Origin: Eledone cirrhosa | Lineage: Eukaryota | NCBI GenBank assembly: GCA_964016885.1 | Contig: OZ024740.1 | Span: 103,850,001-103,914,000 of the forward strand | Length of the DNA stretch: 64,000 nucleotides | Direction: 5' to 3' | Shown here: in pieces, positions 13,255 to 28,065 of the stretch | Numbering within the stretch: position 1 is the stretch's first letter | How the letters are laid out: every line of letters begins with the position of its first letter | Notes under the pieces: generated by a model | What the model was told of the DNA's origin: nothing | What the model saw: only the letters and a program-made list of their open reading frames with translations | Database searches by the model: none | Position numbers and translations under genes: made by a program

Positions 13255-13950
13255 GACCATTCCAAAGTATCCGACATGCACTCGATAGGTTTGATGCCGG
13301 GTGCTGCATGGATGGAATGAAAATCAATGCTGCAAAAACTGAGATGCTTGTCCTCTCAGGGAAGCCTGCACAGTGCACTCTACATGTAAATGAAAGCATG
13401 TACAGAAGTTCAAGTATCTTGGGGCCGTGTTCACAAGTGATGGAAAGCAGGAGGATGAATTGACTGCAAGAACTGCAGGAGCTGGTGCAGTAATGTGCCT
13501 GCTTTAGCATCCAGTAATCAGTAGAAAAGAGGTAGGCATAAAAGTCAAACTATCTTCAATTCAGTATTTGTTCCAACCAAAAGAAGAGTTTTTGGAGTAA
13601 CGTTACTTGATAGAGTGCATAGCTTGGAGATCAGAGAGCCATTACTTCTCTGAATTGAGAGATCACAGCTCTGATACTATGGGCATGTGGTTAGAATGTG
13701 TCAGGAAAGAATCATTGGACAGATTTTACAGGCAAAACTAACCGACAGGAGACCCAGGTGTAGACTCTGAGCAAGATAGATGGATAACATCCATGAGCTT
13801 GGCTAGTTCCGCTTGGGCATCCAGCCAGATTAGTTGGTAGTTTCTGACAGGAATCCTAGCCAGATTAGTTGGTAGTTTCTGACAGGACTCGCTGGAAGGA
13901 GTGATGCAGGACTCTGCCCCCATGAACCTCCCAGGAATAAGTGGGCAAAG
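13255..13950 (+). mobile_element. Highly degenerate RTE-like LINE 3' fragment
   Basis: Remnants of GMKINAAKTEML, KFKYLG and IERSQL..YGHVVRM, with many frameshifts. Confidence 0.6.
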
Positions 13951-14272
13951 ATATATATATGTCTTGACCTTTTCCATCCTCATTGCTGAGGGTTGAAGAC
14001 CATGGAGACATGCACCAATGCTCAATATCCATGAGTCTCATCAAGAAAAATATAACACTGGTGGGTTTGAAATCTTTGTCTAACCATTATTCAGAAGCAG
14101 GCAACCGATCCGCAGCTCATCCACCATCACCACAAGGACAAAGCTGTTGGTCACTAGTAAGGTGGTTACCAAGGTAACTAAGAAATCCCATCTATCCAGA
14201 TTTTGATATCAGAGTCATTCTTCTCTTTGACAGACTGTCAGCCAAGGCTAATGAACTCCGCCTACCCATTTG

Positions 14273-14320
<48 letters not shown>

Positions 14321-15245
14321 TCTCACTGCCATGCAGCAATGCTGCATGGCAGTGAGACCTGGGCATTGTGTGCAGAGGATATACGCAGACTAGAGAGGAA
14401 CGAAGCTTGCATGCTCCGCTGGATGTGCAATAGTAATATACGTGAACGGCAAAGCATAAACGAACTAAGGAAAAAATTAGAAATAAGAGGGATCAGATGT
14501 TGTTTACTCGAGAGAAGGCTACGTTGGTACGGTCACGTGATGCGCATGAAAGACGACAGCTGTATAACAAAGTGCAGGGCAATAAAGATAGACGGTAGCC
14601 ACGGAGTAGGCAGACCCAGAAAAACATGGGACGAGCTAATAAATTCCGACCTCACACGCTTACACCTCTCCAAGACAATGTCACTGGACCGAGACCTTTG
14701 GCGGTACTCAGTAATAGAGAAGACCTGCCTTACCTAAATACAAAGTAAAAACCTACTACAGTCAGTAGGCATCTCTATCAAAACACACCCCCGTCCCACC
14801 ACCTCCACCCCACCCACACCGCCCCTTTCAATGTAAAGTTATGTTGGTCCCACAACATCCAGGCCGAAACAAATGAGATCGTGTAGGTGTCACGACAAAA
14901 AACACACAGTCCACGCTGTAAATGTGGCCGTGTAGGCAACACGGTAAAAACCTCCCAGCCCCACACTGTAAATGTGGTTGGTGTTAGGAAGGGCATCCAG
15001 CTGTAGAAAACCCGCCAGACAGTCCACGCTGTAATGTGGCCGTGTAGGCAACACGGTAAAAACCTCCCAGCCCCACACTGTAAATGTGGTTGGTGTTAGG
15101 AAGGGCATCCAACTGTAGAAAACCCGCCAGACAGTCCTATGCGAGCAAGACAACCACTCTTGCCTCAAGTGGGAAAACCCCCGTCCAAACCCATGCAAGC
15201 GTGGAACACGGACGCTAAACCTGATGATGATGATGATGATGATGA
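14321..15245 (+). mobile_element. 5'-truncated RTE-clade LINE with composite 3' tail
   Basis: ORF 14339-14737 MLHGSETW...[11 protein letters not shown]...GRPRKTW; tail with duplicated ~90 bp module and (ATG)n; near-identical to 61880-62785. Confidence 0.9.
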
Positions 15246-15299
15246 TATATATAAATAATTGTATGTATATATATATATGTATGTATGTATATATATATG

Positions 15300-15330
<31 letters not shown>

Positions 15331-15332
15331 TC

Positions 15333-15364
<32 letters not shown>

Positions 15365-15511
15365 ATATATATATACATACATATATATATATACAGTTCC
15401 TGTATGAGCAAGGCATGGTCAGCCGACCAGACACTGCCCACAACAGGACAACCCGTCTAACCCATGCTAGCATGGAAGAACAGACGTAAAACAGTGATGA
15501 TGATGATGATG

Positions 15512-15543
<32 letters not shown>

Positions 15544-15544
15544 T

Positions 15545-17165
15545 AAAATAACAGATTAAGCAAAGAATCGCTGCTTTCACCCTTAACGGGATCTTCTGAA
15601 ACTAAAAAAAATCAATCTGTGAACACAGAAGTAAATATCTCAAAAAACGTTGCAACCGAAGGAAGACAGGAAGACGATACTTTGGTTTGTGGAAACGTTC
15701 CCTGGCAAAGAACGGATAAAGACAAAGATAATACGTCATAATTTGGAGCGGTGAAAATAATTACACGCAAAGACAAAACCACGTTTATGGTATAAATGAA
15801 GTCGTAGACTAAAATTATATTAGGAAACCGAATGATTACCGGCATGTAAGGTTGAAACACCCACGTCCCGTAGGGCCTACATAGGGTTAACTACCAATAG
15901 ATTCAAGCAGCGTCTTTACATGCATACCCATTCTTTTAACCCTTTAAGAAGGAATATGACGCCACTTTCAGCTTATATCTGGAATCTAAAAGACAACCAC
16001 ACCCAATATAAGTTACACTGGGAGATCCTAGCTGAAGCTAGATCGTATAACGGAAATAAAAGACCATGTGACCTCTGCGCCGCCGAGGCCATGGAAATAC
16101 TCTATGCCACAGACCACATCTTAAACAAAAAATCTGATGCAATTTCGGCTTGTAAACAAACTGCACAAAACTTTCCTGTATTACAGCCCCACATTATACC
16201 CTAACGGATAGTACGATCTATACGCGGATATTTTACGTCTTGATGTGGTAGCTAAGTATATGTTATGTTTGTACCATTACTTATTTGTATAGGTAAGTAT
16301 ATATTACCTGTATGTTTTGTGAAGGGTATGTTTTGTGAAGGTACGTATACTTTCTCGTACGTATATTTGCTTGTATATGTTATGGCGTATATATTATATA
16401 TACTGGTACATGTGCATATGGTTATGCGTATATGTGATTTTTGCGTGTGTGAGTATGCGGGTTCGTACGTATGTAGGGTGTGTGTATATGTGTACTTTGT
16501 GTTTTGGTTGATGTACGTCTGTGTACATGTGTATTTACAGGTGGTATGTCTGTCAGTGCGTTTATATGTATTTATGCATGTATATTTCTATACGTTTATA
16601 CAATTATATGTATACACGCACATTCACACACATTTATATTTTTTATATATTTTTTTATGTGTATTTGGTGTATACGTTCGTATGCGTGCAGTTACAGGCG
16701 TTGCGTGGGGTCTGTATGTGCGTGCGTTTTTTTTTTGTGTACGTACTTGTATTGGCATACCCATTGCGGGTGTTTTCGTGTATGCTTGTGTATGTACATA
16801 TATGGTTGTGTGCATGTATATATTTAATTTCAATTACCTCTGTAATTTATTTACTTTATTCTTAACTCTGAAGCCGAGAATCATTCGGTTTCCTAATAGA
16901 ATTTTAGTCTATGACTTCATTTACACCATAAACATGGTTTTGTCTTTGCGTGTAATTGTTTTCAACATTCCAAATTATGACGTATTATCTTTGTCCGTTC
17001 TTTGCCATGGAACGTTTCCTGTCTTCCTTCGGTTGCAACGTTTTTTGAAATATTTACTTCTGCGTTCAGAGATTGATTTTTTTAGTTTCAGAAGATCCCG
17101 TTAAGGGTGAAAGCAGCGATTCTTTGCTTAAACTTTAATCTGTTATTCTTATAATTGGTTCTATA
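15545..17165 (+). mobile_element. 5'-truncated Penelope-like element: GIY-YIG C-terminus, 3' pseudo-LTR, inverted pLTR at 5' end
   Basis: AYIGLTTNRFKQRLYMHTHSF...LSAYIWNLK...WEIL...CDLC..E...LNKKS (about 15870-16204). 15545-15845 is an inverted copy of 16870-17150. Confidence 0.85.
17084..17134 (+). ncRNA. Type I hammerhead-like motif, variant core CAGAAGA
   Basis: Stem I AGTTT/AAACT; stem II TCCC-GTTAA-GGGT; GAAA; stem III AGCAG/TTGCT; CUU triplet; inverted copy at 15553-15603. Confidence 0.6.
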
Positions 17166-17910
17166 TATATGTTTACGTTTTTAGTTGTGTGTATGTGGTG
17201 ATTATAGGCCTTTGTTTTTTGTCTGTATAGTCTTACGTATGGTTTAGTCTGCGTGTGTTCTTTACGTGCGAGTGCGCGCACGCATGTGGTTACGTTTGTA
17301 AGCTCTTTCTGTAGGGCTTATGTGTACGTTAGTATATTTGTTTGTATGCTTATTTTCATACGTGTGTAAGCGTGTGTATATTTGCACGCTTGTGTATGTG
17401 GATGTGTATGTATGTTTATTTTAATATTTATATTTTTGTGTGTGTATATATATGTGTATGTGTTTTTATACGTGTATATGAGTGTTTGTGCATGTTTGTT
17501 TTTGTTGTGTGTGTGCGTGTGTATTTATGTATGTATGTGTGTATGCATGTATATATATATTTATATGCATATATATATATATTTTTTATTTTGTGTATCT
17601 GTATTTTTATGTAATTGCACACTTCGTGTATTTGTTTATTTTTATTTGTTTTCCCCCCTCCCCTCTCTTATCGTTGTCAACGCGCATCCACTGTCAATTT
17701 TTTTATTTTTTTTATTTCTTTGTTTTTGACTTTGAATATTTTTTGTTCTTATTTATTTATTTTATTCTTATTTCTTCATGTATATGTATGTGTATATATT
17801 TTGTCCATGTCGGTTGATACATTTACGCTTATGTGACAGCTTATGTCTACGTACTTTTTAAGTATATGCGCGTGGTTGAGTGTGTGTATGTTTGTTTATT
17901 TATTTATTTT

Positions 17911-17961
<51 letters not shown>

Positions 17962-18161
17962 TGAGTTAAGGCTCTATTGATTTTTCCCTGGATTTCACTA
18001 AATTCTGTGGATGAATCTATATCCTAATTCTCTTTGAGATGAGTTTGAATTATTTTCCCCACATCTTACGTTAACTATTTTTCCCATTTTGACGCTATAG
18101 TCACTTATATATTATGGAATACTGTTGGCTTCTTGCGACAATGTTTTCTATACCTTTCATT

Positions 18162-18193
<32 letters not shown>

Positions 18194-18285
18194 TCCTTTT
18201 CTTCTTCGCCCGTTGTTTCCTCAGCCTCACTTTCATATTTCTTATATTTTCTTTTCAAATCCACATTTAATAAAAACATGTTTTA

Positions 18286-18343
18286 TTCATTCTGCCGACT
18301 GAAAGCATATATATCTGCTTTCAAGAAACCACTGGTAAATGAA
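18286..18343 (+). ncRNA. Type I hammerhead-like motif (core CTGCCGA, A6C)
   Basis: Stem I TTCATT/AATGAA; stem II TGAAAGCA/TGCTTTCA; GAAA; stem III ACCA-C-TGGT; GUA triplet. Confidence 0.65.
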
Positions 18344-18436
18344 ATAATTATCTTATGTTGTTTATTACATAATTAATAAGCTCTGTAACCTACACAGAGC
18401 ACTCTTTTTTCCTGTACCTTTCCGATGGAATTACTT

Positions 18437-18491
<55 letters not shown>

Positions 18492-18691
18492 TGAAGAGAT
18501 TATCAGTTTAAACACAAAAGACTGCTCTTAAACTTTCAAGAGGCTCACTTCGTAATCATGAGATCCTGGGTTTGGTTCCACTGTATGACATCGTGGGCAA
18601 TTGCCATTTACCATTGCTTTGGATGGACCCATGCCTTCTGAGTGAAATTGGGTAGACATAAACTATTTGGAAGTCCACTATATTATATATA

Positions 18692-18722
<31 letters not shown>

Positions 18723-19262
18723 GTGGACTTCCAAATATGCTGGGGTTTTAAAAAAGATCCCCCAGCACAACCAGTAAGGTAGTTGGTGCTAGGGAGCGCA
18801 TCCAGCCAAATAAGAAACTGCCTAACCCATGTCAGCATTGAAAGGGGGTGTAAAATGACGACGATGATGATAATATAATCTTTCTAGTGTATTGTTTCAG
18901 AAAAGAAATGTGAAAAGCTATTTTGATTTGACAGAATAATATTGACTCATCACTCAATATTCTTATCACATTATACCAAGTTTGCTATTGCTTAAATGAC
19001 AACAGGCAGAACATGAAGAACAATAACATCTTTTTCTCAGTTTATGGAGAAATGGTAGCACCATTCTTCTATAGCCTATTGGGAGAAAGAGAAGGAGGGA
19101 AAAGGACAAGCAATCAGTTGTTTGCTAAGTGTGTGTGTATGTATGTATATATACATATATGTGTATATATATACATACATATATCTATATATATGTAGAG
19201 GGTATATATATATATATTTAAGGGTATATCAATATTTATTTATAAAACTGATCTATATTATA

Positions 19263-19323
19263 TTTTATCTGATGAAAGCGCACCATAATTTGACTTGGTG
19301 TCCTTGAAATATGTATAATGAAA
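19263..19323 (+). ncRNA. Minimal type I hammerhead ribozyme in an isolated pLTR fragment (19215-19365)
   Basis: TTTTAT-CTGATGA-AAGCGCACCA/TGGTGTCCTT-GAAA-TATGTAT-A-ATGAAA. Confidence 0.75.
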
Positions 19324-19402
19324 TAAATATGGTTTTATAAATATAGTTTCCATTTGTTAATATATTGTATATATATATATACACATACATATATATATAT
19401 AT

Positions 19403-19443
<41 letters not shown>

Positions 19444-19479
19444 TATATGCAAGCATGGAACATGGACGTAAAACGATGA

Positions 19480-19520
<41 letters not shown>

Positions 19521-19611
19521 ACATATATATATACACATATATATATATATATATATACACAACATATATATATATATATATATACACATATATATATATA
19601 TATACACACAC

Positions 19612-19650
<39 letters not shown>

Positions 19651-19701
19651 CATATATACGATATTAAACAAATGGAAACTATATTTATAAAACCATATTT
19701 A

Positions 19702-19763
19702 TTTCATTATACATATTTCAGGGATACCATATTAAAAATATGGCATGCCTTCTTCAGATAAAA
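19702..19763 (-). ncRNA. Minimal type I hammerhead ribozyme in 3' pLTR (sense to PLE ORF and CaMKII)
   Basis: Reverse complement of 24315-24376. Confidence 0.75.
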
Positions 19764-21409
19764 TACAATATATAAGCAGTTTTATAAATAAATTTGACGT
19801 ACCATAAATATTGATCAACTTCCATGTAAGAAGTTGGTTTGGTAGTGAGATGTTTATAAATATTTAGTGTTAAGCACAGTTAGAAAGAAAGACGGAGAAA
19901 AGGAAGAAATGTATGTAAAGAAAAACAGAGAGAGATAGAGAGAGATAGGGGAGAGAGAAATAGTGAGGAGGTGGAAAATGAGAGGCAGCTGAGGCAACAG
20001 ATGAATAATAATAATTCATCATACAAATTGAGAGATTTAGGAGGGAGGGAGTACTGTAATTATTTATTTATTTATTTAGTTATAGTGTTAAGGAGACGGA
20101 GAGAAATAAAAAATAAATAAAGAGAAAACAGAGAGGTAGAGAAAGATAGAGGTGGGGGGAAAAAGAGGTAGACCGAATAATAATAATTATATATGGGGAG
20201 GTGAGAGAAATAGGAGAGAAGTAAGAGAGAAAACAATAGAGAAGCTCGAGAGGCAAAGTTAAAATAACCGATACTTAAATTTCATCATGTATAGAGGGAG
20301 GAGAAGAAAGAGCTATATCTAGAGAGAAGGATGATAGATTTACAACTTTACGTTATGTCCTATCAATTTGAATTATCAATTCATATGAATTGGGTATTAT
20401 AATGTAAATATCAATATTCATGAATGAGACATAGATATATAATGTGTGAAAAATAATGACCATATGTTTAGTTTAGAAATTCTTAGGTCGATGTACCAAA
20501 ACTGATAAAACTTCAAAAAATACGGAAATACATAAGTATATATGTACTTTCCGGAAAAGGAAAGAAAGAGAAAAAGAGAAGGTCATCTCAAGTTCTAGTT
20601 GACACTATAGACATACCGTGATCTTACGTGATCAGCTCTGTAATTTCTTATTTCACATGAAAAAATTTTCCCTTGCGTTATAAAAGATTTTACTATATAT
20701 ATATATACATACATATATATATATACATAAAAAAATATATATTAATATTCCTGCCCTCACATACATGATTATCGTTCAAGTATAGAATATTATGCATATC
20801 TGTAACATATCCAGAACCATAGCCACACATACATATATATATATATGCGTGCGCACATATATGTACATGGACAGATAAAATAAACAGATAAAATAGAATA
20901 TACTCTGTAATCATTCCATATTCATATTAATACATATGGCCTTTGCACAGAGACAACAGATATTAATATATCGGCACAGAGATATCAAAACGTTAAGAAT
21001 ATTTTCATCACTCCCTAGAGTATCTAGGGCCGTAAAAAACACAGTATGCCCCCCATATCAACCACAGAAATCTACCCTTCCAATTTATCTGACAATATAT
21101 TGCCAAGTTCATTAGAAGCAATCAGAATCAAAAAGCAAACAAAAAACCAAAAATTATTCAACAAAACTTATTTAGCAGAAATCATTTAAAAGATTTAGGA
21201 GACCCTGTTGTTCTACAGATGCTCTTATATTTAGTATAGAAGTTTATCTAGCGTAAAATTTTTCAATAGATTGGGAGCATCAACATTTTAGGGTAGTTTA
21301 ATTACATCATTAGTATATATTTATGAAGAAGGTTTAAAAGAAAAAGTTGAAGGAATCGAAAGATTTATCGTCAGGTTTCATAATTAATTAAATATCTTAA
21401 CTAAATATA

Positions 21410-23491
21410 CTACATTTTAAATTTATATTTATATTTAAACGTTGAGTTCAATCTATGTCTGCAGCAACTGAATAAATTGCTCCTTAAATTAAGGGAATTT
21501 TTAGATTTTAATATAAAGAATATCTCCTCCACGCAGAGGTCACATGTCTCAGATGAGGAATTAAAAGGAATCCCTCTTGAGACTATATTCCAAAACATCG
21601 AATATCCAACGTTATCATGTTTAAATTGCCAGAGTAAGCCTGATAGTGAAGTTGAAGATTTTTTTGTTTGGATCTGTGAAAGAATTCTTATGATTATTAT
21701 AGCGAAGTTTAAATTCTGTCGAGGTGGAACCAACGTAGTTAAAAGAATTTAAGTTAGTTTTAACATTACAATTGTATATTATATTTTTAACTAAGCAATT
21801 GTTATTTAACGGACATTTAGATTTATTTCTACAGTTACAGTTGTTTAATTGAATATTGTTTAGGCTATTATCGGTATTTTGGCTAGGTTTTAGATTCCTA
21901 TTATTTATTCTGTTAATATTTTGTGCTAAATTTTTGGTGGACGAGTAAGTTAATTTTATAGTATGTCTATTAAAAATTGAGTGATATTTATGTGTTCTAG
22001 GGAAGCGTTTGTCAAGAGCATTAAAAAATAGTTTAGCAATGTGGGTTTTAATATTTAGTGAGAAGGGGGGGGGGGGGGCAAACCATATTATATTTCTAGT
22101 TCTATTTCATTTCTGGCTTTTGGAATTATTGTAATGTTTTCTATTATAGTTGTTAAAGTTGTTACCGTAATTAAAATCGTTGTTATTTTGGTTAGTTTGC
22201 CTATTATTATCGATGTACATAATTTTATCACTATATCCTGCTCTAGCTAACGCTTCATTGTAATACTGCGCTTTTTCGTCGAAAATATTTTTATTAGATG
22301 AAATTCTTAGATACGTTCTTGAACAGAGTTCACTATAGTATTTTTAACAGATCTGGGGTGATTAGAGTTAAAACTGATATAATTCAAGTTTTCATTTAGT
22401 TTGTGAAATGGATAGTGAAGACATGTGTTGAGATTTAGTGTTACATCTAGGAAATTGACTATTCTATGGTTATTCTCTATTTCTATTTTTAGATTAATAT
22501 AATTAAAAAATTGTATAATTTGTTTTCTTTTTCTATTTAGTTCAGAGTTATTATTTTCAATAAGTAAAAGCATGTCATCACGATATAATCCTCCAGTTAC
22601 ACCAGGTATTTTTCTATGCAGCGAATTAATTATAAATAGGCCCACAAGGTCCGTTACCTGAGCTGAGTCAGATGATCCCACAGTAATGTCGAAATTATTA
22701 TCTCTATCTGCCCTAGTCCATAGTTGGTTATTAAATTCTATCAATGTTTTCCTTGCCGATAATATAATGTGCATTTCATTGCTAGTTAGGTCTGTATGTT
22801 TGAATGCGTAATTTAGTGCCTTATTCAGTAGATTAGGGGTAATAGATGAATAGTAGTTAGCAATATCTAGTTGAATAAATTTATTATTATTGTTATATTT
22901 AATTTCTTTAAACCACTCAATAACCTCACCAGTTCCCTTCCACAAGTTTAAGTTAGGTAAACCATGTAAGTTTTTAATTTGCTGTATCACCCTGTCTAGA
23001 ATGTTTTTGCTAAGTTTACCCAGGTCAGATTTTGATGGTGCAATCAATCTGACTGGCAAATCATTTTCAAAATTTCTTTTGTGATCTTTCATATTGATCT
23101 TGGGTTTCCTAGGCAAGAAGGGTTGTGTTTTGTTCTCAATTTCCAACTCATGCATTATACAAGATGCCTCAACATTCATTTTCGCCAGTTCGTCCTTATC
23201 TGCTACCTTGTACTTTTTCCTTAGTTCTTTCAGTATAAGGCCATTATACATGTCTCTTTGCACTCCATAAAGGTTGTTGGTTTTGTCCGATTTCACCAAG
23301 ATCTTCTCTGTTCTCTCCAAGCTTTCAATATTATCCCTAATGCTTCTTAGATAGTCCTGGCCTTTGAAGTTTCTCTTGAATTTGATTCCTTGTATGATAG
23401 AAATAATATCGTTTTCAAAATCCATTAAAAGTTTGTTGGGGGGTGGATTTTTTTTAGATTTGAAAACTTTATCTAAGTCTGAGACATTTTC
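21410..23491 (-). pseudogene. PLE reverse transcriptase-GIY-YIG endonuclease ORF, frameshifted
   Basis: KSDKTNN, PVRLIAP, FIQLDIANYYSSI, FDITVGSSDSAQVTDLVG, GLYRDD, VNFLDVTL, SNHP, IIWF.PPF, CNCRNKSKCPLNNNCL, NIIY...YVG, CDLC..E, CCRH. Lesions near 22307, 22105 and 21660, plus an expanded C run at 22065-22078. Confidence 0.9.
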
Positions 23492-24314
23492 TGAGATGAC
23501 CTTCTCTTTTTCTCTTTCTTTCCTTTTCCGGAAAGTACATATATACTTATGTATTTCCGTATTTTTTGAAGTTTTATCTCAGTTTTTGGTACATCGACCT
23601 AAGAATTTTTAAACTAAACATATGGTCATTATTTTTCACACATTATATATCTATGTATCATTCATGAATATTGATATTTACATTATAATACCCAATTCAT
23701 ATGAATTGATAATTCAAATTGATAGGACATAACGTAAAGTTGTAAATCAATCATCCTTCTCTCTAGATATAGCTCTTTCTTCTCCTCCCTCTATACATGA
23801 TGAAATTTAAGTATCGGTTATTTTAACTTTGCCTCTCGAGCTTCTCTATTGTTTTCTCTCTTACTTCTCTCCTATTTCTCTCACCTCCCCATATATAATT
23901 ATTATTATTCGGTCTACCGCTTTTTCCCCCCACCTCTATCTTTCTCTACCTCTCTGTTTTCTCTTTATTTATTTTTTATTTCTCTCCGTCTCCTTAACAC
24001 TATAACTAAATAAATAAATTACAGTACTCCCTCCCTCCTAAATCTCTCAATTTGTATGATGAATTATTATTATTCATCTGTTGCCTCAGCTGCCTCTCAT
24101 TTTTCACCTCCTCACTATTTCTCTCTCCCCTATCTCTCTCTATCTCTCTCTGTTTTTCTTTACATACATTTCTTCCTTTTCTCCGTCTTTCTTTCTAACT
24201 GTGCTTAACACTAAATATTTATAAACATCTCACTACCAAACCAACTTCTTACATGGAAGTTGATCAATATTTATGGTACGTCAAATTTATTTATAAAACT
24301 GCTTATATATTGTA

Positions 24315-24376
24315 TTTTATCTGAAGAAGGCATGCCATATTTTTAATATGGTATCCCTGAAATATGTATAATGAAA
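24315..24376 (+). ncRNA. Minimal type I hammerhead ribozyme in inverted pLTR
   Basis: TTTTAT-CTGAAGA-AGGCATGCCATAT/ATATGGTATCCCT-GAAA-TATGTAT-A-ATGAAA. Confidence 0.75.
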
Positions 24377-24505
24377 TAAATATGGTTTTATAAATATAGT
24401 TTCCATTTGTTTAATATCGTATATCTACTCCAAAACTTGTTGAGTGCTTTATATCAGTTATAAAATATTTACTTGTAACCCAACAATTTTAAATAAAACT
24501 TTTGC

Positions 24506-27105
<2,600 letters not shown>

Positions 27106-27111
27106 ACTAAA

Positions 27112-28031
27112 GTACGCAGACGACATCAAGCTGTACCTTGAGATAAAAAGGACAGATCCTGAACACTATAGATCTTGCTTGCAGTCTGACCTGGACACAA
27201 TGCAACAATGGATCTAAGACTGGCAACTCAAGCTAGCTGTGGACAAGTGCACCACAATGCATTTTGGGAGTAAAAACCCAGCGTCCACATACTCCCTCCA
27301 CAGCACTAATATCAAGAAGTCTTCCTGTGAACGTGACCTGGGCATTATGGTCAGCAGCGATTTGCGTTGAACGAGGCACATCTCTAAAATTGTCAAGAGG
27401 GCCGAGGGTGTCTTAGCATCACTCAGCAAGACCTTTGTCAGCCGCTCTCCAGATATCTATTTAAGGCTGTATACAGCTATGGTGCGACCACACTTAGAAT
27501 TTGCATCACCAGTCTGGAACCCCTATCTTGCTCAGAACATTGACCGCCTGGAAACTGTTCAGAGACGTGCCACCAAGCGAATACCCTCCATCAGGCATCT
27601 ACCATACCGCCTTGCTTCCCTGGGCATGGATTCATTGAAGCTCCGACGCCTGGCAACTGACTTGGTAAACACCCACAAAATTGTTAACCATGTTGCCAAC
27701 AACAACCCTGAGTACCTTTTTGATTTCCATGTGTCTAACACACGTGGACATGCCCACAAAGTAAGAAAACAGCACAGTTCCCATGACTTTCGGAAACATT
27801 TTTTCACGCTCAGAGTTGCTGAAGCATGGAACAAACTACCTGCATCAGTTATTAGCTGCCGAGACACTGCATCCTTTAAGGCCTCCATGCTTCCCGAGAT
27901 CCGCCAACACTACAGCTAACACATACACACATGTACTTCCCTGACATTTGTGTATTATTCTATGTACTATACATACACCTTTGACAAGTTGTAGTGCACC
28001 TGAGCACTTTACACAATAATTTCATTATTAT

Positions 28032-28037
<6 letters not shown>
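27112..28037 (+). mobile_element. 5'-truncated CR1-group LINE
   Basis: Begins at YADDIKLY; ERDLGI; VRPHLEFASPVWNPY...TRGH...RKHFFTLRVAEAWNKLP; (ATT)n tail. Confidence 0.92.

Positions 28038-28065
<28 letters not shown>

Larger units (their letters stand above)
19656..24505 (-). mobile_element. Penelope-like retroelement (RT plus C-terminal GIY-YIG, Hydra-clade-like), 5'-truncated with inverted pLTR
   Basis: 19656-20590 is the reverse complement of 23492-24424; (TA)n-type microsatellite on both flanks; coding region 21410-23491. Confidence 0.9.

Noticed and set aside
14900-15130. Regularly repeated ~90 bp module resembling an array (also 44520-44790, 59710-59940, 62450-62690)
   Set aside because: Tandem duplication within the RTE/SINE tail; no unique spacers, eukaryotic context, not CRISPR.
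16265-17836. Hydrophobic 100-279 aa ORFs
   Set aside because: TG-rich low-complexity sequence in and beside a PLE 3' region.
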